Virus record (IMG/VR): IMGVR_UViG_3300016263_000255
Location: 1-33,054 of that record
Length of the DNA: 33,054 bases
Direction: 5' to 3' (one strand)
From: a virus
Lineage: Duplodnaviria > Caudoviricetes
Positions 1-6,438 of this stretch are shown piece after piece; the first letter of the stretch is position 1; every line of letters starts with the position of its first letter. The position numbers and the translations under genes are program-made. Below the pieces are notes generated by a model. That model searched no databases. It worked only from the letters and a program-made list of their open reading frames with translations, and was not told the DNA's origin.

Positions 1-45
1 GCAATAAATAATTTAGCAGAAGCAGTTAGGGACCATAAAGAATAA
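1..45 (+). CDS. 3' end of a gene truncated by the window start (..AINNLAEAVRDHKE*)
   Basis: Frame 1 is open from base 1 to TAA at 43-45, directly upstream of the tRNA. Confidence 0.35.
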   Translation, partial: AINNLAEAVRDHKE

Positions 46-50
46 CAAAC

Positions 51-126
51 TGGCTAGTAGTTCAGTTGGTAGAACAGACGGCTGTTAACCGTCATGTCGT
101 AGGTTCGAGTCCTACCTAGCCAGCCA
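51..126 (+). tRNA. tRNA-Asn (GTT)
   Basis: Complete cloverleaf: acceptor TGGCTAG/CTAGCCA, D arm GTTC-AGTTGGTA-GAAC, anticodon arm GACGG-CTGTTAA-CCGTC, T arm GTAGG-TTCGAGT-CCTAC, discriminator G, encoded CCA. Confidence 0.97.
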
Positions 127-193
127 AAAAAATACCCTGCATTGAACCAAGGTCGTGCGACACATCCATGTCGCTCCTAATTCAGTGCAGGGT
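126..193. terminator. Long hairpin between the convergent tRNA and rep gene; possible terminator or structured RNA
   Basis: ACCCTGCATTGAA (134-146) pairs with TTCAGTGCAGGGT (181-193). Inner hairpin GCGACA-CATCCA-TGTCGC at 157-174. The A-run at 126-132 is a U-tract on the minus strand. Confidence 0.5.
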
Positions 194-261
194 TAAAACT
201 CAGTGACTAGCTGCGTTTTCTTGGAGACATGGAAAGACCATGACGCAGTAACGGTATCATC

Positions 262-729
262 TCAAAACCGCTTCTTCAATCCGAACTTCTTAGCAGCTTC
301 ATTGATTCTTTCTAAGTTTGGTTCTGGATCTGTATTGGTATCTTTTAATGGTAATACTTTTATTGGTACTTCTATTGGTAGTATGCCAATTTGGCGTTGG
401 TCGTGTGCAGGTTTGGCGTCAATCACAGATGCCAATTTGGCGTCAATAGATGCTGTTTTGGCATTAGTGGTATTAAGATAGCGACCTCTGCCACGAACTG
501 TTTCACGAAGAAATCCAAGTTCAATAAGATGTCTTATATATCTCTGCGTACTGCGCTCTGGCAGTCTAAGTTCTGCTGCTATGTGTGGGATGCTGGCAAA
601 ACATGGACGCTTGTTTTTTTGAAAACGATCAACGTATTGGTAAATTAGTGCTTCAAGATGAGATAGTCCTTGGTCGACTAGTGCAAAATCGACTAGACCC
701 ATTCTATGTTTTTTGTTATTTTCACGCAT
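262..729 (-). CDS. Putative replication initiator with N-terminal winged HTH (lambda O-like architecture)
   Basis: CFASIPHIAAELRLPERSTQRYIRHLIELGFL is a typical HTH_36-like motif; iteron-like repeats lie inside the 3' half of the gene. Confidence 0.75.
   Translation of the reverse strand: MRENNKKHRMGLVDFALVDQGLSHLEALIYQYVDRFQKNKRPCFASIPHIAAELRLPERSTQRYIRHLIELGFLRETVRGRGRYLNTTNAKTASIDAKLASVIDAKPAHDQRQIGILPIEVPIKVLPLKDTNTDPEPNLERINEAAKKFGLKKRF
333..464. repeat. Candidate replication origin: four 15-bp iterons plus AT-rich 8-mer repeats
   Basis: RTGCnnnTTTGGCRT at 383, 405, 429 and 450; TA(T/A)TGGTA at 333, 346, 361 and 373. Confidence 0.65.
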
Positions 730-748
730 AGTAAGTCATACAATTATC

Positions 749-796
749 AAAAGCTACTCTCTGCTCTAGCCAAGCAACAAAAGGAGAGTAGCTTTT
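749..796 (-). terminator. Hairpin between the Xis-like gene and rep (terminator or attenuator)
   Basis: Perfect 13-bp stem AAAAGCTACTCTC (749-761) / GAGAGTAGCTTTT (784-796). Confidence 0.55.
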
Positions 797-991
797 TCAT
801 TCCTTGTTTCTATTCTTCAGCCATTCTTCAATTTCACTTAATTTGAAACGTCTGGATTTTCTAATCCGTAACATCGGCATACCCTGACGAATCAGTATTT
901 CAATCATTGGTCTTCCTACCTTAAAATGTTCGATCACTTTGTGTAAGTCGACATAAGGTTCTAATTGTTTTGTATTGTCTTCCATAGTCAT
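797..991 (-). CDS. Excisionase-like (HTH_17/AlpA-like) DNA-binding protein
   Basis: 64 aa, with pattern YVDLHKVIEHFKV...GMPMLRIRKSRRFKLSEIEEWL. Confidence 0.7.
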   Translation of the reverse strand: MTMEDNTKQLEPYVDLHKVIEHFKVGRPMIEILIRQGMPMLRIRKSRRFKLSEIEEWLKNRNKE

Positions 992-1033
992 GGATGATAT
1001 GAACTTATTGTTTAATAATCAATGAGGAATTGC

Positions 1034-1336
1034 ATGGCACGACCATTACAAAGCTGGAAAAACAAAGGCATCGACATCGCTGCATGGAGTACAAAGAACG
1101 GCGGCATCAGCTTTACCATCCGCAAAACATACAAGCCCAAAGATGCAAACGAGTGGCAAGAAACTAAGACGTTCTTCCCAAACGACCTAGCCATTCTTGC
1201 TGACCTCATCAAACAGGCTACAACCTGGGCACACGAAGAATTTGGCGAACCTGTATCACAGGTTGATACACGTCCTCCGCATCCCAAAGTCGCAGCAATC
1301 GTGAAAGAGATTGTAGAGGACGACATACCCTTTTAG
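1034..1336 (+). CDS. Single-stranded DNA-binding-like protein
   Basis: C-terminal acidic tail EDDIPF; RKTYKPKDANEWQETKTFF beta-hairpin motif; GAGGA RBS before ATG 1034. Confidence 0.7.
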   Translation: MARPLQSWKNKGIDIAAWSTKNGGISFTIRKTYKPKDANEWQETKTFFPNDLAILADLIKQATTWAHEEFGEPVSQVDTRPPHPKVAAIVKEIVEDDIPF

Positions 1337-1353
1337 ATTACTTGGAGACGACT

Positions 1354-1839
1354 ATGACACGATTTAGACTTGAGCATGGAGAAGCCTTTAACGCTGCGGT
1401 AGCAGGATTACAGCGACGATTTAGAGCCATACAGAGGAACGCAAAAAACAACCCTGGTGGTGGGATAAGGGATGAATTTGCTACAGATATTCATGGAGCT
1501 ATAGCAGAAGCAACAGTAGCCAAGGCATTGGGTTTATACTGCAACGTAAGCAGTTCTAACCGTGCTTTAGCTGACGTTGGTAGAAACATCGAGGTTAGGT
1601 CTAGCACTAATCCAAAGGCTCGAATGCCAATACGGTTAAACGATAAGGATGACGCCAGATATTATTTCGTAGTCGGAATGTATCCAGATTTGAAAATAGT
1701 TGGTTGGATATACGGTAATGATTGCAAACAAGACCGCTACTGGATTGATAAAGACAAAGAAGGAAACCCAATCAATAATCCATATTGGGCAGTACCACAA
1801 TCAGACCTAAACCCTGAGCTTATCGAGGTGGTGCTATGA
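1354..1839 (+). CDS. Hypothetical protein, possible PD-(D/E)xK-like nuclease fold
   Basis: GAIAEATVAK...ADVGRNIEVRSS pattern; GGAG RBS before ATG 1354. Confidence 0.5.
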   Translation: MTRFRLEHGEAFNAAVAGLQRRFRAIQRNAKNNPGGGIRDEFATDIHGAIAEATVAKALGLYCNVSSSNRALADVGRNIEVRSSTNPKARMPIRLNDKDDARYYFVVGMYPDLKIVGWIYGNDCKQDRYWIDKDKEGNPINNPYWAVPQSDLNPELIEVVL

Positions 1840-2078
1840 AGATTTACAGCCTCCACACTATTACTGACGGCAAGTGGCAAGTACGGCTAACTATCCGAGA
1901 GAACGATGATTTTAAGCATAAGTACGAGTCTCGACCCGACCTTCGTGCTCTGGTTGATACTTTCTATGACTCGCCTCCAGAAGAACTAGCACGGATTATT
2001 TTAGAGAATGTATTGTCCTGCGAGTCAGTCGAGGTGTCTCTAATGTGTGGTCCAGGGATTTACATGGAGCGCACATGA
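1836..2078 (+). CDS. Hypothetical protein
   Basis: ATGA overlap with the upstream stop; GAGGTGG RBS. Confidence 0.65.
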   Translation: MKIYSLHTITDGKWQVRLTIRENDDFKHKYESRPDLRALVDTFYDSPPEELARIILENVLSCESVEVSLMCGPGIYMERT

Positions 2079-2266
2079 GAAAATCAGCAGAGGAACTAGC
2101 TAAAGAATACGTTGACTCGTTACCTCTTGGACAATACGGCAAAGAGTTTGACGCCTTTCTCGCTGGCTTTATAGCGTGTTTAGAAAATTGGAAATGGTAT
2201 GACAAAGGTGAATCTGGACGAGATAATACAGAAGCGGTTCCCAGCCTCGATGTTCCCAGGCGTTGA
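2075..2266 (+). CDS. Hypothetical protein
   Basis: ATGA coupling at 2075-2078; GGAG RBS. Confidence 0.55.
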   Translation: MRKSAEELAKEYVDSLPLGQYGKEFDAFLAGFIACLENWKWYDKGESGRDNTEAVPSLDVPRR

Positions 2267-2423
2267 CGAGCAAACAATGGTTCAGCTTTACCGTGCGTAT
2301 AGTTGTGGGTTCAAAGAGGGCTACGGATTGAGCCATCCCGCTGTTATAATCGATATGGGTAACAAACCAACTCTAGGAGAACTACTACATGCCGCTGAAC
2401 AAAAAAGGACTCAAGATTCGTAG
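2199..2423 (+). CDS. Hypothetical protein
   Basis: ORF in the tightly packed operon; AYSCGFKEGY motif of a kind common in small phage proteins. Confidence 0.5.
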   Translation: MTKVNLDEIIQKRFPASMFPGVDEQTMVQLYRAYSCGFKEGYGLSHPAVIIDMGNKPTLGELLHAAEQKRTQDS

Positions 2424-2526
2424 CGCAATGGAGAAGTTTTACGGCAAGAAGAAAGGCGATGAAATCTTTTACGCTTCCGAAAACAAAGGCACCATCAAAG
2501 GCGTAACTAAAAAGAAGAAAAAGTGA
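2389..2526 (+). CDS. Small, very basic protein (45 aa), absent from the ORF track
   Basis: MPLNKKGLKIRSAMEKFYGKKKGDEIFYASENKGTIKGVTKKKKK*. AGGAGA RBS at 2375-2380; the stop overlaps the VRR-NUC start (GTGA). Confidence 0.75.
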   Translation: MPLNKKGLKIRSAMEKFYGKKKGDEIFYASENKGTIKGVTKKKKK

Positions 2527-2903
2527 GACAGAAACGACCGCTGCGGCGACCCGAAGAACAAGAGCAGACGGCGTTTTTTGATTACTGTAGAGCAATGGCG
2601 CACGTTCACAGCGGATATGCGCTGGCGTTCGCTATTCCAAACGAGCGTAAAGCCTCTATACAGCGCCGTGTTGCAATGAAACGAGCAGGGCTTACCAAAG
2701 GTGTGCCCGATATTTGCGTGCCTGTAGGCAACGACAAGTTCAACGCTCTGTTCATCGAAATGAAGGTTAAGCCAAACCGTGCAAGTCCTGAACAGATGGA
2801 CATACTCCGCAAGCTAAACGCTGTGGGCAACTACGCTGTGATTTGTTGGTCGGCTGATGATGCAATCGAAATCATAACTAAGTACATCAATAATCAGTTA
2901 TGA
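2523..2903 (+). CDS. VRR-NUC domain nuclease (Holliday junction resolvase-like)
   Basis: E..EQ...FAIPNE...GLTKGVPDI...LFIEMK...SPEQ...GNYAVIC motif. Confidence 0.88.
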   Translation: MRQKRPLRRPEEQEQTAFFDYCRAMAHVHSGYALAFAIPNERKASIQRRVAMKRAGLTKGVPDICVPVGNDKFNALFIEMKVKPNRASPEQMDILRKLNAVGNYAVICWSADDAIEIITKYINNQL

Positions 2904-3379
2904 AGCACGACATGGGAAACATAGAACAAGAGAAAGAATATTATGAAGTGCCAGAACGCAATCTTTGGTTCGCAGTTATCGAGCGAGCATTAAAAGACTA
3001 CTGCTATTTCTTTGATAGACTTATTAACCCAGGCTCAACACATCTCGTATACTCAGACGGTCTAAACCAAAAAGACGAGTTTCAACTTAAAGCTATATAT
3101 GAGTTTAACCGCTTGCGTTGGTTTCTGTTTGAGAAAGAGCCAGCAGAGTTCAACCTAGCCTACCTTGCAGATCAACTATACGAGGATGGAGACGGTGCCG
3201 CTGCAAGCATTCGCAAAGAAGCTATACGGCAATTTAAAGCACACTTCGATGAAGCAGAACATCGTGGTCAGTTCATGAAGATAATACACTACATCAAAGA
3301 GAATACTGGCGTAGCGTACTCAGAGGCAGCGGATAAGATAAGCCCGTTACGCACCAAGCGATACAGGCTTAGTCGTTAG
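2900..3379 (+). CDS. Hypothetical protein (possible late transcription regulator by position)
   Basis: ATGA-coupled; PERNLWFAVIERALKD motif; last gene of the plus-strand operon. Confidence 0.55.
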   Translation: MKHDMGNIEQEKEYYEVPERNLWFAVIERALKDYCYFFDRLINPGSTHLVYSDGLNQKDEFQLKAIYEFNRLRWFLFEKEPAEFNLAYLADQLYEDGDGAAASIRKEAIRQFKAHFDEAEHRGQFMKIIHYIKENTGVAYSEAADKISPLRTKRYRLSR

Positions 3380-3561
3380 CGCTTCTTCTTATCTTTGAGT
3401 GACCATACCTGCGACACACCATAGAGCACAGCGCCAGAAACTACTGGCGTTGCGGCTTGTGCAAGGTTTTGAGTATCAGCCTCAGATACTCCGATGGTAA
3501 GCAAGCTACCAGCGGCAAGTGTTAGTAAGTGTCTGACTATCGAGAAGATAACAAGTTCCAT
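3376..3561 (-). CDS. Small membrane protein, putative holin
   Basis: Two hydrophobic segments (IVRHLLTLAAGSLLTIG; VVSGAVLYGVSQVWS), basic C-terminus KDKKKR, at the end of the lysis cassette. Confidence 0.6.
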   Translation of the reverse strand: MELVIFSIVRHLLTLAAGSLLTIGVSEADTQNLAQAATPVVSGAVLYGVSQVWSLKDKKKR

Positions 3562-4334
3562 GCGAGCCTTCCTGCTTTAGCGTATGTATAAATTGAATGA
3601 CTGCAATCCCTGCTGGTTGGGGTTTTCCAGCTTCCAGAATTGCAGTTCATCCATGACGACCAGTAAAACCGAACGTCACACTGTTTAGTCTTTGCGGCAA
3701 AGTGTTTTAAGTCAAGGATAGAGTTAGCTTCAGTGCCATCCATATCAGCTATGCACGGCTTTCTAAGAGTAGGATTAGTTCCATGTCGCTCGCAGATGGT
3801 ACCTCGTAAACAGGACGTTTTGAGAGGATTATCGACAATGACACAGCTAGGCAAAGTAACAGATACAGCACTAACGAGAGCTTTTCTAGCGGTTCCATTG
3901 AGGTCACACTCCAAGCAAGGCGAGACGTAACAAGTTAGCGAACCTTTAGACTGCTCAATCCGCTGCTTTAATCTATTGGCTAATACGTCTAGCCGCTTTC
4001 TTAATCGTGACTCTGGTATCTTTGCTGCTCTATTGGCTGAAACTATCGTGTATCCATAGAACACATCATGCCTTTGACATCGCTTGTTTCTAAGGCATGG
4101 ACCGTTCGCTAAATGCACTCGTATGGTCTTACGCTTCCTCTGCTGTAGTATCTTATTAGCGCACTCACAACTCTTGCCAAACGAGTCTTCAAGCCATCCC
4201 ACTGTTATAGGCTTGCCATGCCATGTAGCGAGAGTTTTATCGCAGTTCCAAGTGCTGTTACAGAGTCCGATATAACTCACGCCTTGAGCTTGTGCAGAGG
4301 CTATAAATGCCAACAGCACAATAAGCACTCTCAT
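3537..4334 (-). CDS. Secreted cysteine-rich protein of unknown function
   Basis: Signal peptide MRVLIVLLAFIASAQA; 16 Cys in 265 aa; ATGA-coupled to the upstream gene. Confidence 0.7.
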   Translation of the reverse strand: MRVLIVLLAFIASAQAQGVSYIGLCNSTWNCDKTLATWHGKPITVGWLEDSFGKSCECANKILQQRKRKTIRVHLANGPCLRNKRCQRHDVFYGYTIVSANRAAKIPESRLRKRLDVLANRLKQRIEQSKGSLTCYVSPCLECDLNGTARKALVSAVSVTLPSCVIVDNPLKTSCLRGTICERHGTNPTLRKPCIADMDGTEANSILDLKHFAAKTKQCDVRFYWSSWMNCNSGSWKTPTSRDCSHSIYTYAKAGRLAWNLLSSR

Positions 4335-4573
4335 TTTTCAAGTATCCTATCAATCTTTTGCTCGATGCGTTCCAAACGGTCCTTAATTCCATTGACCTCA
4401 TGCTGCATTACTTCAACGTGCATAGTAAGCTGATACTTGCTTTGCTCTAACTCTTTGAGCGAGTTCTTTACTTGTCTGTAATCCATGCCAACTAGCGAAA
4501 TAACAACGCCAATCACGCCTTTGATTAGCAGGTCAATCCAATACCTAAACTGTGTAACATCACCTTCCGTCAC
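4331..4573 (-). CDS. Single-TM plus coiled-coil protein (holin/antiholin-like)
   Basis: TM segment LLIKGVIGVVISLVGM followed by heptads ending LERIEQKIDRILEK; adjacent to the endolysin candidate. Confidence 0.55.
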   Translation of the reverse strand: MTEGDVTQFRYWIDLLIKGVIGVVISLVGMDYRQVKNSLKELEQSKYQLTMHVEVMQHEVNGIKDRLERIEQKIDRILEK

Positions 4574-4958
4574 AGATTTCTAGCTCCGCTTCACTATAAG
4601 TATTCATAGCAGTCATGAAATTAGCGAGAGCTGCACGGCTGGAAAGAATCGCCGTTTCTGTGCCTATCGTTCCATACATAAGACCAAGCAAGATACATCC
4701 GTGCGTATCCTCCTTAGTGTTGCCAGCATGTATCAATATATGACTACGTCCTGGGACATCCATTACTTGAAAGACTCGTCCAAACTTAGGCGAGTTATGA
4801 ATCTTAATCTTGTACTTGCCAGCAGGAATACAACTTAGTTGCGGTTCGTTATCAAACCAACGGTCCTCAAGCGTAACAAACATAGGACGAGCATCAAGGC
4901 ATAACACGCCAAGCATAGCGTCTTTATACTCTGATACTCGTACTAGTTTGAGCTTCAT
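4560..4958 (-). CDS. DUF5675-family protein, putative endolysin
   Basis: TLED...SCIPAGKY...VPGRSHILIHAGNTKEDTHGCILLG motif; ATG 4958 overlaps the upstream TGA. Confidence 0.8.
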   Translation of the reverse strand: MKLKLVRVSEYKDAMLGVLCLDARPMFVTLEDRWFDNEPQLSCIPAGKYKIKIHNSPKFGRVFQVMDVPGRSHILIHAGNTKEDTHGCILLGLMYGTIGTETAILSSRAALANFMTAMNTYSEAELEICDGR

Positions 4959-5194
4959 GTCGGAGGTACTGGAAACACCCAAAGTTTAGGATCTGGTCCT
5001 TGCTGCGGAAGGTCTCGGAGAGCCTGTCGATAGGTAGCCCAGTCCCACTTATTCGCTAGATCAACGTCAGGGAGTTGAGTCCAATCCGATGAGTCTAATT
5101 CGTTCTTACGCCAGTGTTTTATATAAACGATAATCATATCGTTTTGTATTGTGCTAACATCTTCCCACACCGGAATTGTTTGTTGCCAACTCAT
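4955..5194 (-). CDS. Tail fibre assembly chaperone
   Basis: WRKNELDSSDWTQLPD...WATYRQALRDLPQQ...FPVPP motif; directly downstream of the tail fibre. Confidence 0.85.
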   Translation of the reverse strand: MSWQQTIPVWEDVSTIQNDMIIVYIKHWRKNELDSSDWTQLPDVDLANKWDWATYRQALRDLPQQGPDPKLWVFPVPPT

Positions 5195-5195
5195 A

Positions 5196-6437
5196 TCAAA
5201 CACCTTCGTATACTACTGTGGTTCTAACATAATTATTGGAAGCACCTGCTGTCCAAAGTGTTCCGGCTAAAATGTTTTTAAAAACTTTCATATTTGATGC
5301 ACTACTAAAATATGGTCCAGCAATATGATTACCACCGAAATCAACTGTTACTCCGTTACCCCAAAACGCGTTTGTTGATGCGATTCCTGCGGCTGCGTTA
5401 ACTGGAGGAGTTATATTTATAGTGGATGCTCCTCCTACTGTTAAATTGAAATTTACTCCTATTTGCCAAGTAACAATTTTTCCTATTTTTATAAAACGAG
5501 ACACTTCGATAGCGTTGATTGCGGCAACAACATTCGGGGCAGTGCCTGTTACATTTGTAGTTGTTAGTGTGTAATCTTGCCATCCGCTTGGATTGTTAAT
5601 AATACGCAAATATGTACCATCATATATCAATTCGAGAATGGCTCCTGCTACCCACGAACCGATAGTCGGAGAACTGTTTAAATTATCGTTACTAACTATT
5701 TGTTTTGCGCCAATCGCATTGATGTTTAAAGTGTGTGCTGTAGCGGAGGCACCTGTCGAGCCTAACCCACTTCCAACTAGCATCCTGAATTTTTGTCCTG
5801 CCTTGTACGCCGTTATCGCTGGCGTAACTGATGCCGTCTGAGCAGTTGCAGTTCCACCTGTAGTGCCAAGCCAAATGTAATCGCCATTCTGTATTGGCGT
5901 TACATCATTAAGCAAAAGAAATTGCGTGCCATCGTAAATCACTTCATACGCACGACCAGAAACAATTTCACCAGCGCCAATAGCAGCACCAGTAGCAGCA
6001 TTGAATATGTTTTTTACTCCTGCTCCATTTACATTCAATGTAGCTGCTGCGGTATTTGTAAATCCAGCTAAGAATGAGAATCGTTGTCCAGCCGCATAAG
6101 CAGTAACTACAGGTGACAACGTAAGTGTTTGAGCATTTGCAGCTCCACCAGATGTTCCACCCCAATGCAATGCGCTGTCTTGTACTTGACCAACTTGAGC
6201 CGCATCATTTCTAGCGGTTCCAGCAGCAATGTTAGTAACACGATTAGCACCAATGTTAAGATTACCAGTAGCAGAGTTGCTGCCATCTTTGTTCAAACAA
6301 GCATTGATACCATTTGCAAAATCATCGTCCTGCGTGTCATGGCGTCCAGCCTCAATGCCTATACCTAGCGAAGCATCGCCAGTCCAGCCGTTAGTTCCGT
6401 AGTTTCCTTTGCGGTATGTTCCACCTGACCAGCTCAT
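5196..6437 (-). CDS. Tail fibre / receptor-binding protein
   Basis: Podovirus-like N-terminal anchor (DDDFANGINACLNKDG), two tandem copies of a GGT..A..L..SP..TAY.AGQ.F...YDGT.F module, and a C-terminal W..Y.P/GK.V tip; precedes the chaperone. Confidence 0.85.
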   Translation of the reverse strand: MSWSGGTYRKGNYGTNGWTGDASLGIGIEAGRHDTQDDDFANGINACLNKDGSNSATGNLNIGANRVTNIAAGTARNDAAQVGQVQDSALHWGGTSGGAANAQTLTLSPVVTAYAAGQRFSFLAGFTNTAAATLNVNGAGVKNIFNAATGAAIGAGEIVSGRAYEVIYDGTQFLLLNDVTPIQNGDYIWLGTTGGTATAQTASVTPAITAYKAGQKFRMLVGSGLGSTGASATAHTLNINAIGAKQIVSNDNLNSSPTIGSWVAGAILELIYDGTYLRIINNPSGWQDYTLTTTNVTGTAPNVVAAINAIEVSRFIKIGKIVTWQIGVNFNLTVGGASTINITPPVNAAAGIASTNAFWGNGVTVDFGGNHIAGPYFSSASNMKVFKNILAGTLWTAGASNNYVRTTVVYEGV

Positions 6438-6438
6438 A

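Noticed and set aside
51-126. tRNA as a prophage attachment site or host boundary
   Set aside because: No integrase and no duplicated tRNA 3' end is visible in the window. It cannot be excluded beyond the window edges.
5196-6437. Diversity-generating retroelement targeting the tail fibre
   Set aside because: No reverse transcriptase and no template/variable repeat pair differing at adenines was seen; the internal duplication is old and protein-level.
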